This document shows positions 1 through 12,300 of a stretch of 64,000 nucleotides of DNA, piece after piece. The translations under genes and the position numbers were made by a program. The first letter of the stretch is position 1, and the number at the start of each line of letters is the position of its first letter. The stretch covers positions 36,828,001-36,892,000 of the forward strand of contig CM022670.1 in NCBI GenBank assembly GCA_012295275.1, written 5' to 3'. This DNA comes from Chrysomallon squamiferum (taxonomy: Eukaryota > Animalia > Mollusca). Under the pieces are notes generated by a model. The model searched no databases. It had not been told where the DNA came from and saw nothing but the letters and a program-made list of their open reading frames with translations.

Positions 1-3
1 TAC

Positions 4-76
4 CTGTTCTGCTAGAAGAGTAGCCAAATCAGAATCTGATGTAGAAAGACTGTTCAGTTTCTTAATCAGTGGATGG
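4..76 (-). CDS. TRAP1: TRAP1 exon 17 (HPLIKKLNSLSTSDSDLATLLAEQ)
   Basis: 73 nt; completes NP-S-HPLIK; gta donor at positions 3-1, so a further exon lies outside the window. Confidence 0.93.
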
Positions 77-403
77 CTGAAAGTAAAATGAATACCAATA
101 TCAATACAAATATATTCACTTTCACTGTGTTTTTTCCTTTTTTCTTTATTTTTTTTCTTTAACAGGTATCCTTAAGATAAAAAAAAAAAAAAAAAATGAC
201 TGAGCAGATAAAAAGCATTCAAAAATAAAAATAAAAAACTATTTTCAATTTTAAACCAGTAACTGATTGTGTCGTTGCTCAATATTGTATATATATTTGA
301 CTGTTTTATAAGAATTCCTGTGTACTTTTTAACTGAATTAATTTCTACATATAATTTAATTAAAACCTGTGATGTCTAGTTTAAAAATAAATAAATAAAC
401 AGA

Positions 404-445
<42 letters not shown>

Positions 446-483
446 TATTATTTTATAATATATTACTATTTTTACTATTTTTA

Positions 484-517
<34 letters not shown>

Positions 518-609
518 AAAATCCAAAAACTATCTAAAACAAAGTGTTGTGTTAAAATGCAAGCTGTTATTTAAATGTTCACAACAAGGTTTTAAAAGAC
601 ACGACGTAC

Positions 610-755
610 CTTGGATTCAGTTCTAACGTAGGCTGTAGCAGTCTGTATTTTTCTTCAGGACTTTTGTCAGCCAGTGATGTACGGAGAAATGTCGAGCTGG
701 AGCCCATTTCTACCACAGTAACGAGACACGGGTGACTGTGCAGTCTCTGGGTGAT
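610..755 (-). CDS. TRAP1: TRAP1 exon 16 (ITQRLHSHPCLVTV...LLQPTLELNP)
   Basis: 146 nt; LELNP motif of the C-terminal domain. Confidence 0.95.
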
Positions 756-1190
756 CTGAGAATCAATCAATCAATCAATCAATAGAATAGCTGACTGAAG
801 CAGGTTCAAAAACTTGTTTTGTACCTGCTGCACGATTGTCATATTGTCAATTGTTTAAAGAGAAGAAATGTAAAAATGGTCTTTTAACTCAAATTTACTC
901 TGGGTGGAGATTCTGATAACCGTCTACAGTTAACTTATCTGAATTTATTTAAACAGTTATAATAATTCATCCATTTTACATCTCTTATTTTCTTGTTATT
1001 ACTTATAAGCAAATCCGATTAATAATAATAATTAAAATTTAATATTTTTAAAACATGTAAGGAGATCTTAGTAAAATGTTGATTTTAAAATTTTATAAAT
1101 AAAAATAAAATTTCTGTTCTATTCATTTATTAAAATTTAAATAATCATTTCAGATATGCTTCTGAGTTAAAAATCACTTACAACAAAGAC

Positions 1191-1309
1191 AAGGTGACAT
1201 AATTATTTGATTTCATTTAGTTAAAAGTAATAAGTTGTTTAAACTTTCATTTATAGTTTCAAAAGGTGACATAATTATTTGATTTCATTTAGTTTAAAAG
1301 TAATAAGTT
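1191..1309. repeat. 46-47 bp direct duplication (1191-1236, 1263-1309)
   Basis: aaggtgacataattatttgatttcatttagtt(t)aaaagtaataagtt occurs twice. Confidence 0.9.
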
Positions 1310-1347
1310 TTGGCTAATAAAATCTTGCAGTCGTAACGGAAACTTAC

Positions 1348-1433
1348 TTTAATTTTATTAACCTTGCCTCCCAAAACCCCTTTCATCCATTCCATGAGTC
1401 CAGTGATATCGGACTGCGACAGACTGTTTTCAT
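1348..1433 (-). CDS. TRAP1: TRAP1 exon 15 (ENSLSQSDITGLMEWMKGVLGGKVNKIK)
   Basis: 86 nt; gtaagt donor; WMK..LG motif. Confidence 0.93.
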
Positions 1434-2116
1434 CTGTTACACAACAAGTGTAATAATTAACAATATTTCAGACAGATATTTGAGATAACAACATGCTAAA
1501 CATAAAAAAAAATATATATTATTAAACATTAATATCTGTAAAACCTTTTAAATGAATGAGGTGAAGTATATTCTGGGGTAGTGACATCTTAAAGAATTTT
1601 TTTTTTTAAATGCCGTCAAAAGTCTCACAAAAAAAAAAAAAAAAATTAAATAATAACCATGATTTATCAAATGTTTTTTAGAAGAAATTTATGATTGCTT
1701 AGATATCAAACACATTTGTTTAAGTCTTTTATTCAGATTAATAAAAAAAATGTTTTTTGTTTGGTGATACAAGTAGTTCCTTTAAAAGCAGACATTATTT
1801 AGATATGTAGATATATAGATATGTAAAAGCAAAGAATTATTTTCTTTTTCTTTCTTTGTATAATTATTGCATTTTAATGTTAATCAGTTTTATCATTTTA
1901 TGTAAAAAAAATTAAAATCTTTATATATATATATATATATACATATAGTACTATAATTAACTGAACATACATACATATTATATATATTCTCAGTTATAAT
2001 TATACAAACGTGTCATTAATCATTATATTTAACAATTGTAATTGTTGTTTTTTTTTTGTTTTTTTTTAGAAGAACAAGTAACAGTAATAAAAATTTAAAA
2101 ATCTCAGAGAAATTAC

Positions 2117-2304
2117 CTTTGCTGTCAACTTTGTCAGAATCATCTTTGTCGGCCACTTCATTCTCAATTGATTTCAGAGTTTTCTTGTCGAACTGGTTCA
2201 GGTTGAGTAAGACCAGTTCATCGTAAGGTTCGTACAGAAACAGAACTTCTCTGTCTCGGTTCTTCAGTGCTTCAAAATACGGGGAACTCTCTGCTAGCTG
2301 TCGA
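2117..2304 (-). CDS. TRAP1: TRAP1 exon 14 (RQLAESSPYFEALK...EVLFLYEPYDE...)
   Basis: 188 nt; SPYFE and EVLF motifs; phases 2/1. Confidence 0.95.
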
Positions 2305-2869
2305 CTGAAATGTAGAATAATTAAGTTCTTACAGCAATAATGTATCAGAAAAAAAAATGGAATGTACAAATTCTGAAAGTATGAATACGTTTTTTTTTTT
2401 TTTGTCTGTATTTAAACATATCCATAAAAATAAAGAGTTTCAATCTGTTACTTGATCATTTATTTTAAATTTCTAGAACACATTTTGATGAAATGTTTTT
2501 AAAAGATCTCATTTAAATTCAGGAGAAAAATACTTAAAAATGAATTTAAATATTTGTCATTTAAAATCATAAAGTGATTAATATTAATATGCAAAATGTT
2601 AATAAGAAGAAAGGAAAATGAAAATTATTTATACTTTAATAGGTATGTATACATATATCAGCAATCATTTTAACTAACAAGTCAGATGATTACAGTATAG
2701 ACATTTCCTTTTACTGAAATTTATTCTGATATAATTCCAGTTTGTGGAACACTAGAACTATATTTTTTTGCAAATATGAGATTTCAATGTTAAAAAATTA
2801 TAATGATGATGAAATTTAATTTTAAAAAAAGATACATGAATTTCTTTAAAAGTATATGTATTTGCTAAC

Positions 2870-2997
2870 CTTGGAGCAGACAAGAAGTAGATTTCTCTTG
2901 TTCCTGCTTTCATACGTGAAGCATATTCATCCAGGCTGACCTTGACACCCTCAGGAAACTTGGACGACTCAAATCTCATTAATCTGGCAATATCCTC
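2870..2997 (-). CDS. TRAP1: TRAP1 exon 13 ([12 protein letters not shown]...[22 protein letters not shown])
   Basis: 128 nt; SL.EY..RM motif; phases 0/2. Confidence 0.95.
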
Positions 2998-3060
2998 CTG
3001 CAAGAGACAGGTAAATTATAATCTGACAAAAACTTAAATATTTTTAATCCACTGTTCTTC

Positions 3061-3120
3061 AGTAGTACTCTACTACTATTGCTCCTACTACTGCTTCTAC
3101 TACTACTAGTACTTCTACTT

Positions 3121-3168
<48 letters not shown>

Positions 3169-3207
3169 ACTACTAATAATAATAATAATAATAATAACAA
3201 TAACAAT
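3061..3207. repeat. (TAC)n/(TAA)n compound microsatellite
   Basis: Read directly from the sequence. Confidence 0.9.
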
Positions 3208-3760
3208 AAATAAATAAATAAATAGATAAATAAATAAAAATACTAAATGTCATTTGCCAACAATAAAAATATTCATAAACACAGCATTTTACTTGACTTT
3301 AGAGTTTAGTAATAACATATATAATTTAAAAAATAATAATTTATTATTATTATTTTATTATTATAAGTAATTCTGTAGGAGACTTTTCAGACAGTTTTCT
3401 TTGAAGGCAGAAGAATGGAATAAATAAATAAATGTTTTACGACAAATCAGAAGTTAAAATATAGGTATAATTATTAATCAAATCTATTTTAATATTAAAT
3501 TAAAATAACAGTGTATAAAGCTTTCATCTGAATGGATAATTAATTAAAATATGCAAAAGTTAACGAGTAATGTTTAAATTTAAATCAGGCATTTCATCTG
3601 AATGGATTTTATTTTATTAAAATTTTTATTTTCATTTACTTCAGAAAAAATTACATGCATTTTAACAAAACAGACTCATTTTATAAAATTTTTAACATTT
3701 AAACCATGACTATTTAAACTATTCAGTATTCTAATCTTTATAAAATAAATAAAAATGTAC

Positions 3761-3908
3761 CCTCTGGTCCTGCTCCATGGTTGTGACAATCCCTTCACGC
3801 AAAAACAGACCATAGTCTTCATAGAACTTCAAGTATTTATCTGTGTCTTTTTTAGACTGGTCAATGAGAAACTTTAAGATCCTGTTTGTCAGTACCAGCC
3901 TCAGTTTC
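3761..3908 (-). CDS. TRAP1: TRAP1 exon 12 (KLRLVLTNR...[15 protein letters not shown])
   Basis: 148 nt; phases 2/0. Confidence 0.95.
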
Positions 3909-3931
3909 CTAAATAAAATAATAAATATAGT

Positions 3932-3981
<50 letters not shown>

Positions 3982-4500
3982 GAGTAAATATATGAATGAA
4001 GATAAAAGTAAAACTGATCATTTTTCTAATTAAATTTACATTGCTGTACTATATTCTTCAGATATTAGAGAAATTTTATATTTAATGCATTAATAATACT
4101 GTTTCTTGATCTACTAATTATAATTAAATTTCAGCAGAACTTTTTAACAAATACTAATATTTAAAATAATATCTATAAAGTACATATAAAAACATATCTT
4201 GAATTTATATAGTTTCTGTATAATTTTAATTAAATTACTGTCACATATCCTGAAGCCATATTTCACCATTTTTATCTGTTACAAAATCATCAAAATATTA
4301 TCCTGAATTTAAATTACAGAGAAAGTTCTCAAATCTGGATTGCTACTAAACCAGAATTCCCCAATACAAACTTCTGCAGTCCTGTGATGTGTCAAGAATC
4401 TAAATGCAAAAACCTATATAAAAAAACACCTCAATAAATCTTGGTTTTTAGAAATTTCAATTAATATAAATTTCTGATTTTCCAAGACTATAATTGTCAC

Positions 4501-4570
4501 CTGATCAATGCACTGTCCTGCAGTAATTCTCTGCTAAGATTTAGTGGGATGTCTTCACTGTCCACAACAC
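4501..4570 (-). CDS. TRAP1: TRAP1 exon 11 ([23 protein letters not shown])
   Basis: 70 nt; HSP90 catalytic-loop Arg motif. Confidence 0.97.
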
Positions 4571-5020
4571 CTGTTGAGATAAAAAAAAAAAAAAAAAATA
4601 AATCACAACTCTGATTTTAAATACTAAATAAAAGACTTCTGCAGTTAGGATGATTTATAATACAGTTTTATTTTAAAAAAAAATTAATTTTGGAAAAAGA
4701 TTTTGATGAAACATGGACAGTATGAACTCAACCCTACCACAAGATTTGAAAAAAAACCCCATTAATTTCATAAATGAAACAGTTACTAAAATCAGAATTA
4801 CATCTTATTCTGAAATAATTAAAAAGCAAATAATATATTCATCAGAAATAATTTAAATAATGTAAAAAATCTTATTGTGAAATAATTATAAAAAAAACCT
4901 CACCAAAACCCCAACTTATTTTCAGATAATTAATAAACAACAATACAAGTGTAAATTAATATTCTACATAGGATCTGGCTGCTATGATTAAGTTTTAATA
5001 ATAATATTAAAGTCACAAAC

Positions 5021-5134
5021 CTTTGACAAATCTGAGCCACTTTGGTAGAATATTGTTAGCTTTCTGTAGAATCATCACTTTTTTACTGTACAGAGTTAGT
5101 GACACATCTGTTTCTCTACTCATTTCAAAAAGTG
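5021..5134 (-). CDS. TRAP1: TRAP1 exon 10 (LFEMSRE...LYSKKV...LPKWLRFVK)
   Basis: 114 nt; phases 1/1; LPKWLRF motif. Confidence 0.95.
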
Positions 5135-5611
5135 CTGAAAGACAAATAAATATGTCAACAACAACAACAATAACAACAATAATAATTATTTTAGGAATAA
5201 TAATAATGAAATAGACAAAATGTACCAGATATGCGACAATAGCACAATAAAAATAATTACAACAATAAAAAAAATATAAGATGCAATAGATATGCCTTAT
5301 AGTAAATAATAATAATAACAACAATAATAAAAACAATATAAAACATACTAGATAAGCTTGAAAGAAAATAATAAAGATGACAACAACAAAATACATAAAA
5401 CACATTTAATATGCTTTATAGTAAACAATATTAATAATGAGGATGATGATGATAATAATGCCAATTCTGATAAAAAAAAATTTAAAAAAATAAAAAAATG
5501 GAAGTAATAATAACTTTAAAACTAGAAAGAAAAAAGACATCAATAATAATAATTATTTTAAAAGATACATAATTACTCAATTTAGGTAGGTTACTTTTGT
5601 AGAATACTCAC

Positions 5612-5774
5612 TAGGTTTGTATTCAGGTATGTAGAAAAGAGCTCGTATGTTGAGGGGTGCGTCTGCCTTGTAGTGAAGGTGATAACGAGGCTTGTCAAAA
5701 CTGTTGCTAATAAAACGATAGAACTCTTCATGCATGTCTTCAGTGATACTCTTAGGATCAAGCATCCACAGTGC
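5612..5774 (-). CDS. TRAP1: TRAP1 exon 9 (ALWMLDPK...[10 protein letters not shown])
   Basis: 163 nt; HSP90 middle domain; gtgagt donor. Confidence 0.95.
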
Positions 5775-6098
5775 CTGAAAGAAAAGTCAATAAAGTAACA
5801 TATTAAACTGTAAAATTTTCTAAAATAATTTATATAGAGACTGAATGTTGCTAAGTCTCACCTTATAACCAAAACAATGACTTCTTTTTACCTACATATA
5901 TTTAGATGCATGCCAGTGGCATTTAAGCATCGTGATGGATTCATTTACTTTAAATATTAGATATTTGGGTGAAGTATACTTGGAAGCAGACAAGCAATGA
6001 CCATTGCTAAATTAAAAAATAATAAAATAGTTTGAAAACAGTATTATTATTTTTGTTTTTGTCATATAGTGTTAATTTTTTTTTTTTTTATTACTCAC

Positions 6099-6172
6099 TT
6101 CCACAACATTTATTTTCTTTCCATTCAGGTAAATGGGAACTCCAACGAAGTTACTGTACTTTTTCACAATTT
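6099..6172 (-). CDS. TRAP1: TRAP1 exon 8 (IVKKYSNFVGVPIYLNGKKINVVE)
   Basis: 74 nt; KYSNFV.xPI motif; gtgagt donor. Confidence 0.95.
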
Positions 6173-6793
6173 CTGAAAAATAATATCAATATTTATATCA
6201 ATAACAAAAAAAGGAATAAAAAAAAAAAAAAAAAAAAGATTTTACCTGATCTGTAATAACCAACTGGCCACTGAAAAGATAGTGAATTCCTTTCATTTAC
6301 TTTAAAATATCAGTTTATGAACTGAATGAATTTATGTAATGTACAATTGCTTCTTATAAATGCAAGAGTTCAAGGGGTTTAATAAGTAGGAAAAAAAACC
6401 CCAAATAATCAAAAACAAAAACCACCAAACCCCCAACTACAACAGAGGGAATGTATTTGATCTTTATTTCAATTAAATCCTATAATTATATTCATCAACA
6501 ATACATCACAAACTACCAAACAATGCACTTTTTAATCAATTAATGTTATATTCACGAGCAAATACTAAGCATGTTTCAAAACAATATTAACATTTAAGAA
6601 AAAAACAAAATATATTAAGTTTAACAAATGTTTTTACTGGTTCTGAAAATTTATAATGTTTATTATTACAGCCAATATTGAGAACATTCTCTTCAGAAAC
6701 TAATTATAATTCTGTGCCTTTAATCAACCTGTGATTTAATTTACAAATAATGGACATATTTTTTTCTAAATATTTATAATTATCTGTTAAAAC

Positions 6794-6903
6794 CTTTGAT
6801 GACTTCTTCCTTGGCGAAGTCGTAGCAGTCTCCTTTGAGATGAACAACAATCTTTGTACCTCGTTGAACACCCTCAGCCTCTGATATCTCATAGCTGCCT
6901 GTA
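6794..6903 (-). CDS. TRAP1: TRAP1 exon 7 (TGSYEISEAEGVQRGTKIVVHLK...)
   Basis: 110 nt; RGTKI motif; phases 2/1. The track ORF 6704..6892 is in the wrong frame. Confidence 0.95.
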
Positions 6904-7013
6904 CTGTAACAGTGTGAAATACATTTTATATAAAATTTTCATCTCTGTATAGTATTAACAACATTAATGAAAATTTAAATCTGTGACAATTTAATGTTTT
7001 TATTAAACTAAAT

Positions 7014-7256
7014 AATAGATTATCTTTCAAAATTCAATAATTAATTGATTATTTTTGAGAATATAATAATTTTACTCAACATATTAATAGAAAAATCTCT
7101 CAAAACTGAACAGTCAGTGGATTATCACTGAAAATTCAATAATGTAATTAAACATGAAAATAGATTATCTTTCAGTACTCAATAACAATAATGGATTATC
7201 TTTGAATATTTAATATTTTTTTACTAAACAAAATAGTATATTAGCTTTGAAAATAT
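7014..7256. repeat. Degenerate dispersed tandem repeat
   Basis: t(a/g)gattatctttcaaaattcaataa-like unit seen 4-5 times. Confidence 0.55.
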
Positions 7257-7702
7257 AAACATGAATTAAAATGACATTTAAGGCTGTTGAATTCAGGTCA
7301 GTTAATCATTATACTTGTTTTTAAAACAAAGAATATATTAAAACAATTGTATTTTTTTCTGAACATTATAAATATATATATTATTATTATCTGACATTAT
7401 TTTTAAAAAATAAATATTTTGTTGGTGTTTTTGCATATTTACAGGTTTTATTTGGATAATTTGTAACAATCTAATTAAAAACAAAAATCTACTTTTACTC
7501 TCAATAAAGAAAATATTAAGATGTATAAATAATTATACTGTTTACTAATTAAAAAAAAAAAATTAAAAATTATGCTCATTCATTGAAATTTTGAAATACG
7601 TAGATCATAGATTTAATAAATCCCTCAAATATTAATAACAATCTTCAAAATTAAACTTTATGTAAACAAAACATTAATAATTTATTTAAAACAGCTACTA
7701 AC

Positions 7703-7863
7703 CCAGATGATGTCCATCTCAGTGGTGCAGAACCAGGCTTATAAGAAAGAGTGAATACCTCAATACTGTCACCAACCATAAATGTTGAATAGAAACCAAC
7801 TCCAAACTGACCAATCAGTGAACTGCTTACATCTGCCTTGTTGGCCATCTGTTCTATGAAAGC
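7703..7863 (-). CDS. TRAP1: TRAP1 exon 6 (AFIEQ...[12 protein letters not shown]...WTSS)
   Basis: 161 nt; GHKL G2 box GQFGVGFYS. Confidence 0.96.
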
Positions 7864-8207
7864 CTGTTTGAAAACAAAATCTTTATTAAAAGTTACTCAA
7901 ACAAAAAAATGCTTAACAATTTCAGCTGATTGGTATCAAACCAGAAGTATTTAAAAAGTTAAAATTTAAATGTATATCTATCTGTATATCTCTCAACTTG
8001 TAAATGTTACTGACTTAAACCTTTACTAAACTGAGAAATAATTAAAACACTGCCTAAAACAAAACAAAATCCAGATATTTTGATAACTTTAGATATTCAA
8101 TATGTGCAGTATGTGGTAAAATAATAATAATAATAATAATAACAATAAGAATAACAGTCATTAAATATTTTTTGTAATATATAGTCTAAATCGTAGTATT
8201 GTCTAAC

Positions 8208-8279
8208 CTTAGATCCAGACTTTGCTATTGTTCCAATGTTTTCAATGAGTTCTTCTTTTGTTAAGCCTACACCAGTATC
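8208..8279 (-). CDS. TRAP1: TRAP1 exon 5 (DTGVGLTKEELIENIGTIAKSGSK)
   Basis: 72 nt; GHKL G1 box DxGxG. Confidence 0.96.
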
Positions 8280-8494
8280 CTGCAAGGAAGTACAAGAAAT
8301 AACAGTTTTTGTTTTGTTAACTAATACCAGTTTAATATCAATTAACTGAGATATGAACAAGCACATTATACTCATACATAAGAAAAATTATACATAGTTA
8401 TATATTTTGTAAGAAAGAAAAAATGTATGGATGTTAATATATAAATATTATTTTATATATATATATAAAATTGACTAGTATCCCAGTAACAAAC

Positions 8495-8507
8495 GTGTGT
8501 GTGTGTG

Positions 8508-8574
<67 letters not shown>
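8495..8574. repeat. (GT)n(CT)n microsatellite
   Basis: Read directly from the sequence. Confidence 0.95.
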
Positions 8575-8577
<3 letters not shown>

Positions 8578-8710
8578 TAGTTCATCTCTTAAACCTTTTC
8601 ATTATTTAACTTCCAAGAAACATTTCAGCAATAATTATCATCCTACAGCAATTAAATATGTTATAGTTAAAAACAAACACACTATTTTATATATTTAAAA
8701 TATTCATTAC

Positions 8711-8860
8711 CTGTATGGTAAAGGTTTTCTTGTTTTCATCGGTGGCAATGTGAATTTCCAGAGGCTCATCTTTGTGAATCATGTCTGTGCCCTGCAGTTG
8801 TAAGTATCTGAATTTCTCCAGTGCATCACTAGCATTGGAGATCAACTCTCTAATAAACAC
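8711..8860 (-). CDS. TRAP1: TRAP1 exon 4 (VFIRELISNASDALEK...KTFTIQ)
   Basis: 150 nt; HSP90 signature containing the catalytic Glu; cag/gta boundaries. Confidence 0.97.
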
Positions 8861-9278
8861 CTGAAAATGTTCAAAATATAATTATCACACACACACATAA
8901 CTTATTGTCTGGATACAAGGTACATGGGCATATGAATTGTTTTTATTAATAACATTTTAACACAAAATACTGGGACAAATCAGTTTGTAGAAAAAGTCAA
9001 CAAAGACTGCATCTTTAGTTTTTGAACTATAAATTTGATCATCTGTTAATGAAGACATTATGATGTTAATAATAACACAGTTTTAATGTATACATTTTAA
9101 AATCAATTTATCTTAAAAAGTTTAAAAAAAAAATTTAAAAACTAAAATTAAATTAAAAGAAAAATGACTAATAAAAATTGTCAAAATTTACTTTGTTGTA
9201 ACAAATATATGTTTATAATGTAATATAACATGCTGCATGGGAGAATGTCATTTCAGGTGATAGTTAAAATTAACAAAC

Positions 9279-9361
9279 CTCTTTTTCTGAATACAGTGAC
9301 TTAGCCACAATGTCCAGTAACTTTCGAGTCTCTGCCTGAAATTCATGTTTATCAGCAGGAC
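9279..9361 (-). CDS. TRAP1: TRAP1 exon 3 ([28 protein letters not shown])
   Basis: 83 nt; HSP90 FQAE motif; cag/gt boundaries. Confidence 0.96.
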
Positions 9362-12300
9362 CTGGAAAAGTGAGGAAACAATGCAGACAGATACACAGAT
9401 ACACAGACAAATATGCAATAAATGTATGTAATAAACTGTACAAGAGCACGCAAAACAGAGATTAAAAAGTCTAAAATTAGAGATAACGGTGGGAGTAAAA
9501 TATTTTTATTATAAATTATTCAACTGAAGTGTTTGAAACTTACCACTCTCAGTTCTCTTATCATCAGTAACAAATGTATAATTTGCTTTTAATCCAGTTT
9601 AGAAAAATAACACAAAGATAACACAATACAACTGACTGTCTAACCAAGATTCCCTTGAGACCAGCGAAATAAGCTGGTTTATACTAAATGCCAGTATAGG
9701 ATGATTTCATTCAGAGTTGTGGTTCTTGCCACTTTGTTGCCATAAACTGCCAATGTAAATAAAATGTCATATTCACAATAAAAAAAAAAGACAAACAGAA
9801 ATAACCACAATTATCAGTTATTTATTATTCATTGATGACTTGGAATTTTTTTTTTAAATCATCTACAATATCAAAACACTTTAATTCTCTCTCCTAGCTA
9901 TGAATTCTTTGATGTTAAACCTAGATCTCCATGATGCCAGGCATGTAAGTAAAGCTTTGAAGCCTGGTTTTCTTGTCTGTTCAGCACACATACACAAACT
10001 AATGATAATCTTGTTGATTTAGCTGCTTATATTAATTACAAGACATGTGAGATCAGTGTTTATTAAGCCTTCAAAAAGCACAATTATATCATCATCACTT
10101 AGTATCTCAAATATGTTCAAACTGATTAAAGCAGATGATACATGTAAAAGTGTATGTCAGTGTACAGATAGCTAATTACTAAATAAACAGTTATTTTGAT
10201 ATGGAATCTGAAGCAGTCAGCATCCAGATAAACTTAAATTTGTTCGTAATAGATTGTAGGTATCTGAACAAGACTTTGATGCTTGTTTAGACAGAAATAT
10301 GGATTAGATAAAAGTTAGTTTAGGTAATCTACCGTAATCTTATCAAGATATATATCAGTCCTCTGAGTTTAAAAAAATATATATATATATATATTAAAAG
10401 AAAATGACATAACCTAAAATACATATATCTATTAAGAATAATTTACTACTTAAAGTAAGCCTCCCATAAAGAAAAAGAAAAAAAAAAAAATATATATAAA
10501 ATATAAGAAAAACAAGAAGCAAACAAATTATAATCAAAAATGGTTTTTTTAACAAATTACAACTTAATCAGTAAAACATATTTTTTTTATCAAAACTGTT
10601 GAAAAATATGTGAAATATTCATGGAAGGGGTTATCTTTCTTGAATTAAACGTCAAACAACAACAACAACAGTAATAATAAATTTATTTCCAAGTTGAATG
10701 ATTACTTAATTCTTTCAAATTATTATTTTTTTTTATAAAATATGATAATCAAATTTCATCAAGTTTCAGCAAATGTCTGTTTAACAGTTTTAACACTTTA
10801 ATATGACAAAACGTGGTTTTCTTAAACCTGGTTACACAGTTTTCGGTTTAAATCATAAGCATCATTTTCCTGACACTCAAACAAGTACTCAGTGGCACTC
10901 AAGAGCTAATTATCAAAATGTAAGGACTGCAAGCAATTCATTTTAAAATGCATTTAAGATTCTGTTTAAACATCTTTTGGGAGACAGAGAAAAAATAAAA
11001 TGAAAATAGAAGACCGTATTTGGTATTAAATAACATCTTCAAAAACAACATTAAAATGGAGTAAATTACATAGATATTTTTGTTAAATATTAGGATAGCA
11101 TTTCTATTTAGTTGTTATAAAATGTATAATGACTAAATAAGTAAAAGCAATTAAAAGAACTTAAAAAATAGAGTATATAAATAATAATAATAAAATAAAA
11201 TAAAATAAAATAAAATAAAATAAAATAAAATAAAACAAAATAAAATAAATAATAAAAATAATTTTCCATCCAAAAACCCAAGAAAAAAACACCACAAATA
11301 ATAAAAATAAAACAAAAATAATTTGTACTCTTATGTTACAACTGAAATATTTATCTATTAATTTATATGCAGATTCAAAAATGAAATCCGTTCTTGTATC
11401 ATAAATACAGAGAAAAAACTTTATAAAAGATCGGTTTATTACGAATTTCCAATTTGAAGCTGATCGCCAAGTCTCTTCAAACAGTGCATGTGTCAAATGG
11501 AGGCGAAATTACAAGAATTTACCATCCAACACACAATGACGAAAATCCCATATTTCCTGAAAAATAACACCCAGATATGTCTACCCTAAGCCTGAAGTCG
11601 CAATGGTCATGTGTAAACACCATTTGTTTTAATCATATTGGTATTTGTCGGAATCAGGGAGATATGCAGCAGCTCATAATTATTGTGACTGATGCTTTCT
11701 GATGTACCAAACGGAAATTAGTGGCCATGTGAAATGTTTAATTCATAAAGCTTTGATATTTGCATGAGTGAATTAATCGTATGTCATGAGACAAGGGGAG
11801 TTAGTGATGCGACCAATGAATCAATTCAATTTTGGCTCGATAACCGCAGGAAATGAGGCTGGTTGGAAAACACACTCAAAAACTGTAGACTGTACAATTA
11901 CCAGTAATGAAGCGATACGTCTTGGAAAATTCATCTCATACACATGCATCCATCAAAGGATAAAACAAAACAAAAAAAAAAAAAAAAATCTAATGTTTTA
12001 TCCTACTTCTTTTTTTTTTTTTTTTTTTTTCTTTTTTAATTCATTTGTTTGTTGTTGTTGGTTTTTTTTTTTTTGTAATATCTGATAAAATGTATTCATT
12101 ATACTGCCATTTTGTTACTTCGTTTTTTGTTTTTTTGTGGGATGTTTATTTTTGGATGAGTCTTGATATAATAGTTTATTTATTATTAGAGTTCAAAAGT
12201 TCTGCATTACAAAAATATTATTAAGTTTACAGAAATACTTTACATAGTCTTTCCTACATAGATTATATTAAATATATTTCTGACAGTAAAAAAACAAAAC

